The notes under the pieces: model-generated | Seen by the model: only the letters and a program-made list of their open reading frames with translations | What the model was told of the DNA's origin: nothing | Databases searched by the model: none | In this document: positions 7,773 through 14,800 of the stretch, piece after piece | Numbering within the stretch: the first letter of the stretch is position 1 | Layout of the letters: each line of letters starts with the position of its first letter | Translations under genes and position numbers: made by a program | IMG/VR virus record: IMGVR_UViG_3300047472_000142 | Span: 1-53,799 of that record | Direction: 5' to 3' (one strand) | Length of the DNA: 53,799 bases | DNA from: a virus

Positions 7773-7798
7773 AGCCGGGCCGCAATCCCGGCTTTTTT
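7773..7798 (+). terminator. hairpin plus T-run oriented for the plus strand, in the tR1 position
   Basis: Stem AGCCGGG/CCCGGCT followed by TTTTTT on the plus strand only. Lies between the minus-strand genes 7829..8041 and 6986..7744. Confidence 0.4.
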
Positions 7799-7828
7799 GT
7801 GTCTGATATTTGGCAGAGGCCCTCTCGA

Positions 7829-8041
7829 TTACCCGGAAGAGTCCCTGCAAGAGGCCCTCATTGGGGTCACCAGATGAAGCACCTGTGCTTTCCTTCGTCC
7901 AATTACCGATAGCGCACCACTGGCAACCGCGGCCTCGAACATTTCGTTCATTGCCTGGTTGAAGCTCCATCCATTAGCGCGCATCAATTCCTCCACCCTC
8001 TTCCGCGTTTGCGGAGGCAGCCTCTCAAGCTCTACGGTCAT
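7829..8041 (-). CDS. small RHH-like regulator candidate
   Basis: Start MTVELERLPP with GGAGGG upstream. The strand-helix-helix pattern was judged by eye. Confidence 0.45.
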   Translation of the reverse strand: MTVELERLPPQTRKRVEELMRANGWSFNQAMNEMFEAAVASGALSVIGRRKAQVLHLVTPMRASCRDSSG

Positions 8042-8060
8042 TCGGCCCTCCAAAGGGGCT

Positions 8061-8261
8061 TCAGCCCGCGATATCTTCTTGTTTGTCCTGCATGAGTTCC
8101 TCGATCACGCCGTTCGCAACGGCCCACTCGATGATTTCGTAGAGATAAGTCGCATGCTGCATGCGGGTTTTCGTTGCGGCTCGACGCAGAATCCGATCAA
8201 GAACAGGTTCGAAACGAACCTTCACCGGAATGGCACGCTTTTGATTGGGGTCCATGTACAT
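8061..8261 (-). CDS. small RHH-like regulator in the cII position
   Basis: 66 aa. IPVKVRFEPVLDRILRRAA..HATYLYEIIEWAV. It is the second gene after cro. Confidence 0.4.
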   Translation of the reverse strand: MYMDPNQKRAIPVKVRFEPVLDRILRRAATKTRMQHATYLYEIIEWAVANGVIEELMQDKQEDIAG

Positions 8262-8293
8262 GCTGGTATTTCCTTTGTGGCTGGCGAGGTTGG

Positions 8294-8500
8294 TTAAGCG
8301 GCGGACTTCTTTTGAACTATCTGCGCAGGGAAGGACTTGAGTTCGTGAGCATCAAAGGTCCCGTCTTGATTGCAAATGACGGAGATGTTTCGCTCGGCCA
8401 AAATAGCCTTGCTGATTGCGGCAGGGCTGACCCCGAGAGCCCTGGCCGCAAAGGCCTGCCCTTTAGTAGCAACCAGCTCTGTAAGAGGGATCTGCTTCAT
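8294..8500 (-). CDS. cro: Cro-type HTH repressor
   Basis: 68 aa. QAFAARALGVSPAAISKAI forms an HTH. Divergent from cI across the operator region. Confidence 0.8.
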   Translation of the reverse strand: MKQIPLTELVATKGQAFAARALGVSPAAISKAILAERNISVICNQDGTFDAHELKSFPAQIVQKKSAA

Positions 8501-8535
8501 TCTGAGAATCTCGAATGGTGTCTTCAGGGCTGATA

Positions 8536-8599
8536 TTAACCGCCGGTTAGTTTTCTAGCAATACCGCCGGTTGCCGCAAATAAGTTAACCAACGGTTAA
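8536..8599. promoter_or_regulatory. OR-like region with three 15-bp palindromic operators and a PR candidate
   Basis: TTAACCGCCGGTTAG (8536..8550), AATACCGCCGGTTGC (8560..8574) and TTAACCAACGGTTAA (8585..8599), with centres 24-25 bp apart. On the minus strand, TTGCTA-17-TAATAT (8561..8533) faces cro. Confidence 0.75.
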
Positions 8600-8608
8600 A
8601 TTCCACGG

Positions 8609-9475
8609 ATGAGCAAAAAGAAAGAACTTTCCCCAGAGTTAAAGGCTGAGTGCGACGCGGCGAAGGCGCTTTTCGTGTCGAAAAAAAACGCCTTGGGCCT
8701 CACTCAAGCAAGCCTCGCGGAAGCAGCTGATATTTCTGCTGCGGCTGTTGCGATGTACCTGAACGGCACTAACCCGCTGAATATAAAGTTTGCATCCGTG
8801 CTATCGCGACTTCTTGACGTGCCTATTGAAAAATTCAGCACGCGGCTAGCGAATGAAATCAGCAGTCTTGCGAGCTCAACGGAGCAAATTAGTTCTTCGT
8901 CGCAGAGCTCCTCAGCCGCCGACATAGTTCGTCAAATGCTTGCGAAGCAGGGAAAAGGGCTGTCCGCGGAAGCTCGAAGCCGCCTCCTCGCTGCCGCCGA
9001 AGAGCCAAGCAACGTGATCGTTGCGGACTTCTCCCGTCCTGGACAGGTCGGTGATGAAGTGTGGATTGCGCATTACGACGTTCGCGCAGCCATGGGTGGC
9101 GGCCAAGTTCCGCATGACTACCCCGAGATGCTCCAGGATGTGCGGATAAGCCCTAAGCATCTTCGAGAGATGGGAGTCGAGTTTACCGAATACTTTCATC
9201 TGAAGATCGTTACCGGCTGGGGCCAGTCGATGGCTCCGACGATCAAGCACCGCGACCCGTTGCTGGTGGACGTCAGCATTAGGGAGTTCGTTGGGGATGG
9301 GATCTACCTCTTTTCATGGGGCGACCATCTCTACATCAAGCGCCTGCAGATGCAGGGCTCTGATCATTTCAAGATGATCTCTGACAACACCAATCATCCG
9401 CCCGAGCCGATTCCACGCAATGAGACCTACATCCAGGCGCGGGTGCTACTGGTTTGGAACGCGCACTTGGTCTGA
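8609..9475 (+). CDS. cI: CI-type repressor (HTH_XRE plus S24 LexA-like peptidase)
   Basis: N-terminal LTQASLAEAADISAAAVAMYLNG HTH. The C-terminal domain has GQSMAPT (Ser) and YIKRL (Lys). Confidence 0.9.
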   Translation: MSKKKELSPELKAECDAAKALFVSKKNALGLTQASLAEAADISAAAVAMYLNGTNPLNIKFASVLSRLLDVPIEKFSTRLANEISSLASSTEQISSSSQSSSAADIVRQMLAKQGKGLSAEARSRLLAAAEEPSNVIVADFSRPGQVGDEVWIAHYDVRAAMGGGQVPHDYPEMLQDVRISPKHLREMGVEFTEYFHLKIVTGWGQSMAPTIKHRDPLLVDVSIREFVGDGIYLFSWGDHLYIKRLQMQGSDHFKMISDNTNHPPEPIPRNETYIQARVLLVWNAHLV

Positions 9476-9522
9476 TCTGGCGCCGCGGGATCTGTAACCG
9501 ATCGGGAATTAGGAATGAAGGC

Positions 9523-9711
9523 ATGGCGCACTCACTTCAATACCAGATAAGAGACTCCATCAACGCCATTGAGGTAGAGGTAGAGAGGTTGCTCGATGTG
9601 GCGGACGCTCTCACTGAAGCAGGAAATGATGAATTGGCTGAAACTGTTTTGACTCAGGTCCAAAAGATTCTTGAGGCGTCGCTTGCGTTGAGAATCGCTG
9701 CGGAGCGCTGA
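9523..9711 (+). CDS. small helical protein in the cI operon
   Basis: 62 aa with AGGAATGAAGG upstream. Motif LLDVADALTEAGNDELAE resembles LVRIAERLSHAGNGPDAE in ORF 10119..10361. Confidence 0.5.
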   Translation: MAHSLQYQIRDSINAIEVEVERLLDVADALTEAGNDELAETVLTQVQKILEASLALRIAAER

Positions 9712-9828
9712 GCCCCACAGGGGCGGTTGCGGGGTATGCGGGGTTATCTGGCGTGGCGGGAAAATATAGACATGTATGGTTCAGGCCGCCAGATAGCGTG
9801 AGCCAAGAGCCAGCTGAGTGGACTCTGG

Positions 9829-10086
9829 ATGAAAAATGCAATCAAGGAAATCACCGAAGCTCTAGACCAGCAGATGGAGCTGAATTTTTTCATGGCTCGC
9901 AAACTGATAGAGCTGTCCCCGCCCGACGAACGAAAGCACCTGAAAAAAGAGCTGCATACCCGACTCAGCACGCTAAGGGAGCGGACCTTAAAAGCTACTT
10001 TCGCACTTGATAGCTTGGTGGGAGATCACAAGCAGCCCCGATCCTCGGTACTGCTGACGATCAAGAATTGGTTTTCCCGCAGCTGA
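9829..10086 (+). CDS. small helical protein in the cI operon
   Basis: 85 aa with a weak RBS, co-oriented between cI and the terminator at 10364. Confidence 0.4.
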   Translation: MKNAIKEITEALDQQMELNFFMARKLIELSPPDERKHLKKELHTRLSTLRERTLKATFALDSLVGDHKQPRSSVLLTIKNWFSRS

Positions 10087-10118
10087 TATCCGACACACCG
10101 AAGTTTTCAGGAGCCCCT

Positions 10119-10361
10119 ATGCCCCTCACAAAACCCAACCAAGACCTAAAGCGCGACCTCCAGGGTGTCGCCTCTGACCTGAAGTGGTCAGCCGTGGAGC
10201 TAGTTCGGATTGCAGAACGGCTAAGCCACGCAGGCAATGGACCAGACGCTGAGGCGCTTCGACGAATGATCTCAGTCTTCCAGCAAGATGAGAAACGGCT
10301 GAATGGCTGGATTGAAGAAGTCAACGCTGGCCAGATCGGATGGGCACAAGAATTCGCATGA
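10119..10361 (+). CDS. small helical protein, last gene of the cI operon
   Basis: 80 aa. CAGGAG upstream of the ATG. Followed directly by a strong terminator. Confidence 0.55.
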   Translation: MPLTKPNQDLKRDLQGVASDLKWSAVELVRIAERLSHAGNGPDAEALRRMISVFQQDEKRLNGWIEEVNAGQIGWAQEFA

Positions 10362-10363
10362 GG

Positions 10364-10388
10364 GCCCGGCCATTGCGCCGGGCTTTTT
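10364..10388 (+). terminator. intrinsic terminator ending the cI operon
   Basis: GCCCGGC-cattgc-GCCGGGC followed by TTTTT. Confidence 0.8.
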
Positions 10389-10527
10389 ACATCTATCCTT
10401 CGCTGATAACCGATAACCTGAGCGGCTCTGCACAATACAAGGTGAGCATACGAATGGTGTACTCCATCTGACCTGGTGCAATGCGCAAGTAAGATCGGAG
10501 CCGCCCCACCCACCTGAAATTAGTCAT

Positions 10528-10797
10528 TCAATCTCTGCGTCTTTCAAGGCATTCACGGCGCAGCGTAAGGCTATTGATATCCCGGCAGTCGACCGCGTGA
10601 TCATCATCATAGTCTTTGGCCTTGTCCTTAGCCTTGTCACAATTGCCATTTTCGTTGCAATTGCCTTTCCCTTTTTGATTGCCGTTGTTTTTGAAACAGT
10701 TTTTGTCTGACTTGTCGCAATTTGAACCGGCATAGGACAGGGATGGCAGAGCCAAGGAGAACAAGAAAGTGCACACAAGGGCCACTACGATTCGCAT
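10528..10797 (-). CDS. secreted Cys-rich, Asn/Lys/Asp-rich mini-protein (moron)
   Basis: Signal peptide MRIVVALVCTFLFSLALPSLSYA. The mature part has 6 Cys in NCDK/NCFK/NCNENGNCDK repeats. AT-rich. Confidence 0.6.
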   Translation of the reverse strand: MRIVVALVCTFLFSLALPSLSYAGSNCDKSDKNCFKNNGNQKGKGNCNENGNCDKAKDKAKDYDDDHAVDCRDINSLTLRRECLERRRD

Positions 10798-10993
10798 AGC
10801 TAATATCCTGAGTAGATTGTTTTACAGAAAAAGCTGCCTTCACTCGCGGTATCTGACTATAGCAGGCCAAAATCTCCCCTATCCTGCTTGGCCACGCCAC
10901 CTATCGGCCTGTCGAATCTGCGACCTGCTTTTCACGAAGCATTGACAAGATCGGGCGCAGACTACTCGCACTCCTTATGAAGTATCCCTGTTA

Positions 10994-11023
10994 GGCCCGC
11001 TACCCCATGCGGGCCATTTTTTT
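10994..11023 (+). terminator. plus-oriented intrinsic terminator in front of OL/PL (t-imm-like backstop)
   Basis: GGCCCGC-8 nt-GCGGGCC, then A and a 7-nt T-run. There is no plus-strand gene immediately upstream. Confidence 0.65.
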
Positions 11024-11028
11024 GGCTA

Positions 11029-11340
11029 TCAGAAAGGAGCGACCTCCTCCACCGGCTCTAGCACTTCAACCGGCCGATCTTCCTCGGCGCTCGCCTCCCA
11101 CTTCAGCGTCACTGACTCGTCGTCGTTGAACGTCATGTCTATGCCGTCGGTCTCGGATAGCAAGCACATAACCTCCTTCCACTCGCGATCGCCGTCCGTG
11201 TCTAGGCGATGAATCGTTACCCAGCGCTGAATCTGCGCCACCGGGTGATTGATCATTGATGAGACGCGCAGCCCAAGCCTCTCTATCCCGCTGACTTCCC
11301 GTCGCGCTACTGGTTTTTCCTGCTTATTTGGCTTCGCCAT
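11029..11340 (-). CDS. acidic hypothetical protein divergent from the PL-like promoter
   Basis: Start MAKPNKQEKP with GGAGG upstream. 103 aa with an acidic C-terminus. Confidence 0.6.
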   Translation of the reverse strand: MAKPNKQEKPVARREVSGIERLGLRVSSMINHPVAQIQRWVTIHRLDTDGDREWKEVMCLLSETDGIDMTFNDDESVTLKWEASAEEDRPVEVLEPVEEVAPF

Positions 11341-11355
11341 CACTGCCTCCAATCA

Positions 11356-11371
11356 CTGTATATGCATCCAG
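11356..11371. promoter_or_regulatory. weak SOS-box-like sequence
   Basis: CTGTATATGCATCCAG. The left half is consensus and the right half is CCAG rather than ACAG. Lies 16 nt upstream of the ATG at 11340. Confidence 0.3.
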
Positions 11372-11409
11372 CTATCGCCAAAGCATACGCCATCCCCGCG
11401 AGAAATAAA

Positions 11410-11451
11410 TTAACCGGCGGTGTTGACTATAAATATACCGCCGGTTAATTT
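11410..11451. promoter_or_regulatory. OL-like operator pair with a plus-strand promoter candidate
   Basis: TTAACCGGCGGTGTT (11410..11424) and TATACCGCCGGTTAA (11434..11448), the same motif and 24-bp spacing as at OR. TTGACT (11423..11428), 17 nt, TAATTT (11446..11451). Confidence 0.65.
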
Positions 11452-11673
11452 AATCCTATCGCAGCGACACTCATCCACTGCGAAGGGCCTGAAAGAGGCT
11501 CGCCACACGACTGGTGAAGCCGCCAGATAGCCCGGGATCAGCGAAGTGATCTCCCAGCCCCCACAGGGGATCGACTGGAACCAAGTTCTTTAAGCAGGAC
11601 GGAAAACAGATTTCACTGGCTGGCCTTGGCGACAGGGCCAGACGGGAAATCAACAGGCAATAAGGAATCGACA

Positions 11674-12348
11674 ATGACTGTGGACATCAGCAACTTCACC
11701 ATCGCCACCCCGCTTCCAATTTCCGACACGAACCCTATCTCCCTCGACCTGATCGGTTGGCGAGCGCTGATCGAATGCCCCAGCGTCATCTCGATGCTTC
11801 CCGACGGATCGCTGCAGATGACGGCGCCCACCCTTGGCGCCTCTAGTAAAAGCGTCCATCGAACTCGTTGTGAATGGAAAGAGCCTGGCTATTGGCTGTT
11901 TGCCAGTGCCGCAGACCATTGGTGCCGTCAAGAAATGCGGCTGACAAAGGTCAATTCGTTGCAGAAGGTCGTGATCGGCCAAATTCATGTGCAAGGTTCT
12001 GAACGCCCACCGGTAAAGGTGTTTTGGAACAAAGGCAAAATCACTATGGGGTTCCGGGCGAGCTACCTGCAAGACGATCCAGTCAACTCGACTGTATTGG
12101 AGAACGTGCCGCTCGGCGCACTCTTCAAGATCAACATTCACGCCAATTCGAGCGGCGCTGTATCGGTATCCGCTAGCTGCAACGGCGCCAAATCCGCATC
12201 CGCAATCATGCGCCTCGACAACACCTGGGATACGAAGACGCTCGCTTTCCACGGCGGCGTGTACAACCAGATCGACTACTCCGAATCAACCGATCCTGAG
12301 GACGCTTCGATTTGCGTGATCAGCGATCTATCCATCACTCACGGGTAA
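11674..12348 (+). CDS. polysaccharide lyase family 7 / alginate_lyase2-like protein
   Basis: Start MTVDISNF with AAGGAA upstream. Motifs IGQIHVQG and AFHGGVYNQ correspond to the PL7 QIH and YFKAGxYxQ motifs. No signal peptide. Confidence 0.55.
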   Translation: MTVDISNFTIATPLPISDTNPISLDLIGWRALIECPSVISMLPDGSLQMTAPTLGASSKSVHRTRCEWKEPGYWLFASAADHWCRQEMRLTKVNSLQKVVIGQIHVQGSERPPVKVFWNKGKITMGFRASYLQDDPVNSTVLENVPLGALFKINIHANSSGAVSVSASCNGAKSASAIMRLDNTWDTKTLAFHGGVYNQIDYSESTDPEDASICVISDLSITHG

Positions 12349-12413
12349 GACCAACCAGCGCCACGTCAGCCTGTCGATAACTGCCCGAGCACCTGGTACT
12401 CCCCAGCACCAGG

Positions 12414-12534
12414 CCGCATCGGAGTGTGATCTGAGGCTAAGTCTCGGGCGGCGGATGCGCCAACAGGCAGTCTTTAGGGCTGCCCCATCCGCTTAATGCC
12501 GGTTGAGCCCCGGCCAGATCACACCCCGATGCGG
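12414..12534 (+). repeat. 20-bp imperfect inverted repeat closing an 81-nt multi-hairpin segment (structured RNA candidate)
   Basis: CCGCATCGGAGTGTGATCTG (12414..12433) pairs with CAGATCACACCCCGATGCGG (12515..12534) at 19 of 20 positions. Nested helices are GCGGATG/CATCCGC, GGCAG/CTGCC and GCCGG/CCGGC. Confidence 0.6.
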
Positions 12535-12668
12535 ACGATTCTGCACCGCGCAACGCGGCCCCCTGCATCGCTTATCTGAAAAGTGGATCGCGCCAAATGG
12601 CCTGCGGTCCATATGTTTAAAACGGATGGGCGGCCCTCGCCTACTCCACCTCGCCCCTGGAGGCGATC

Positions 12669-13088
12669 ATGAACACCACGCATAGTTATCTGCCTCGACA
12701 CCACCGCAAGCCGCCTCCAGTAAGCCACAGCCCGCACGATGATGCTCGGGCCGACTGGTTGCACAACGCAGCCGAAGAACTCCTACGCGGCTGCAGCGTG
12801 TCATTCCAGCGCCGCATGCGCCCTCAGCAAGGCGTGACCGCCGAGGAATTCGCCCTGGCGGTGGATGAGTACGTGAACAATCGCCTGGCCGACAGCGAAG
12901 TGCATACCTCGGCGTTGGGCTGGCTGTTGATCACTGCGACGACCGGCAACGCTGATAAGACGGCTGTAGCCGAGTTGCTGGGCAATAGCGACCACCCGCT
13001 GGGCAAGCTTGGCGAGATCGCCGAAGTCCTGCTCGAACCGCTCGCAGACGATGCGCTGATCGCCCAAGCCGAGGACGCCGATCTGTGA
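12669..13088 (+). CDS. hypothetical early protein
   Basis: GGAGG upstream of the ATG. 139 aa. Confidence 0.6.
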   Translation: MNTTHSYLPRHHRKPPPVSHSPHDDARADWLHNAAEELLRGCSVSFQRRMRPQQGVTAEEFALAVDEYVNNRLADSEVHTSALGWLLITATTGNADKTAVAELLGNSDHPLGKLGEIAEVLLEPLADDALIAQAEDADL

Positions 13089-13276
13089 GCCCGCACATCA
13101 CCATCGATCAAGCGCTTGAAGCCCTGGAGCACCCCGGCAGCCGAGACATCGACGACAGCCTCGCCGACGGAGTGCTTGTGAGGCTCTTCACCGCCGGCGA
13201 GATCACCGCCGAAGAATTCCACCACTACAGCGCTCGTCTGCTGAAGATCAGCCGGAAGCGCAAGGAGTTGTCATGA
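13085..13276 (+). CDS. hypothetical early protein
   Basis: GTGA start/stop overlap with the upstream gene. 63 aa. Confidence 0.5.
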   Translation: MSPHITIDQALEALEHPGSRDIDDSLADGVLVRLFTAGEITAEEFHHYSARLLKISRKRKELS

Positions 13277-13509
13277 CCACAGCACCAGTAAAAACGCTGA
13301 TCGACGAGCAGCTCGAAGACATCGAGCGGCGTATCGCCATTCTCCGCTTCGGCCTGCCCTTCAATGAGGTGATCGGTCGCAAGCGCGAAGAACTGGTCGC
13401 CAACCTACCGCATCGCCTGGCTGCAACTATGAAGGGCGGACGGATCGCAGTGAGGGTTCGGCCGGGAGCTTCTACGAAGACAACGTGGCTGACGGAAGCC
13501 ACTGCATGA
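13273..13509 (+). CDS. hypothetical early protein
   Basis: ATGA overlap with the upstream gene. 78 aa. Confidence 0.55.
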   Translation: MTTAPVKTLIDEQLEDIERRIAILRFGLPFNEVIGRKREELVANLPHRLAATMKGGRIAVRVRPGASTKTTWLTEATA

Positions 13510-13994
13510 GTTGCTGCGGCTTCATCGGAGAGGAGGTTGGATACCCGCGTTGCTGCCGGAATTGCGGCGGCGAAGGAAGCGAGCCCAATCCTGAGGGCCA
13601 CAAAAAACGCATGAAAACTGAAGCAATGGCCCGCTTCGATACCTGGCTCACCAACACTGGCATCGCGCACAAAAAGCACAACAATGGCTTTCATGTCGTG
13701 CTGACCCTGCCTGATGGCCGAATGATTGACTGCTGGCCCAGCACGAAGAAGTGGCAACTGCGCGGAGAGCGCATCAGCAGGGACGGAAAGGCGCTCCATG
13801 AGCTGGTGCTTCAGCAGTTGAGGGACCTCATATCAAAAGGCCCGCCGACTCTACGTTTGGCGCGGTTCGGCAATCGTTCTTCTCGGCACAGCCTTCGTCA
13901 TGCTGGCCAGCTCTTACTGCGCCCAGCTCACCCAATAACCCACCTTTTCAAACGCTGCGAGCATCGCGGCAAGGATTCCCCATGTCCGCAGTAA
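13506..13994 (+). CDS. Cys-rich hypothetical protein
   Basis: Start MSCCGFIGEEVGYPRCCRNCGG with an ATGA overlap. The C-terminal third is Arg/Leu/His-rich and may not be a real extension. Confidence 0.45.
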   Translation: MSCCGFIGEEVGYPRCCRNCGGEGSEPNPEGHKKRMKTEAMARFDTWLTNTGIAHKKHNNGFHVVLTLPDGRMIDCWPSTKKWQLRGERISRDGKALHELVLQQLRDLISKGPPTLRLARFGNRSSRHSLRHAGQLLLRPAHPITHLFKRCEHRGKDSPCPQ

Positions 13995-14800
13995 TGAAAC
14001 AGGTCGACCACGCGCCGGCCATGTCTGAGGCAGCACTTGTCGAGGTCTTGAGTGGCAGCCTGTACCCGGGCGCCGCGCATAACTCGGTGGTAATGGTCTT
14101 GGCCTACTGCCAGGCCGCACACCTGGACCCAATGCTGAAGCCGGTCCACATCGTTCCGGTCTACCAGAAAGGCCGCGGGATGGTCGATGTGGTCATGCCC
14201 GGGATTGGCCTCTACCGCATTCAGGCGGCGCGCACCGGGCAATACGCCGGCATCAGCGACCCTGAGTTCGGGCCATCGATCACCACGAAGCTGGCAGGCG
14301 TTGAAGTCACCTATCCAGAGTGGTGCCGGGTGACGGTAAAGCGCCAGATGTCGAACGGGCTTGTCGCCGAGTTCACCGCCAGCGAGCGCTGGCTGGAGAA
14401 CTACGCAACCTCCGGCAAAGACACCATCTCACCGAACGCCATGTGGAAGCGCCGGGCCTTTGCCCAGCTCGCCAAGTGCGCCGAGGCCCAGGCCCTGCGC
14501 AAGGCGTTCCCCGAAGTCGGATCAGCCCCTACCGCCGACGAAATGGAAGGCAAGTCCTTCGAAGAGCCGGCGCGCGACGTCACCCCACAGCAGCAAAAGT
14601 CGGAACCGGATCCTGTAGCGCTGCCGGCCTACTCGGACGACCTGCTCGCCGAAAACCTGGTCAAGTGGCGGCCGCTGATTGACGCCAACCGCACCAGCCC
14701 CGAGCACCTGATCGCCACCATCAGCAGCAAATACACGCTGACCGATGCGCAGAAAGAAAAGATCACCAACCTTAAAGCCCTCGATGGAGACGCAGCATGA
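13982..14800 (+). CDS. recT: RecT-family single-strand annealing protein
   Basis: AHLDPMLKPVHIVPV..GIGLYRIQAARTGQYAG..MWKRRAFAQLAKCAEAQALRKAFPE are typical RecT motifs. Confidence 0.8.
   Translation: MSAVMKQVDHAPAMSEAALVEVLSGSLYPGAAHNSVVMVLAYCQAAHLDPMLKPVHIVPVYQKGRGMVDVVMPGIGLYRIQAARTGQYAGISDPEFGPSITTKLAGVEVTYPEWCRVTVKRQMSNGLVAEFTASERWLENYATSGKDTISPNAMWKRRAFAQLAKCAEAQALRKAFPEVGSAPTADEMEGKSFEEPARDVTPQQQKSEPDPVALPAYSDDLLAENLVKWRPLIDANRTSPEHLIATISSKYTLTDAQKEKITNLKALDGDAA

Noticed and set aside
7719-7798. Antisense sRNA from TTGCTT-17-CATAAT ending at the plus-oriented terminator 7773..7798
   Set aside because: The predicted RNA would be only about 45 nt and barely overlaps the preferred start and RBS of the KilAC gene. 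The promoter match is modest. The hairpin is kept only as a terminator-like feature.
13800-13994. A separate small membrane ORF in the alternative frame (…SAIVLLGTAFVMLASSYCAQLTQ)
   Set aside because: That frame has no usable start codon before the hydrophobic stretch, only an ATG 12 codons from the stop.
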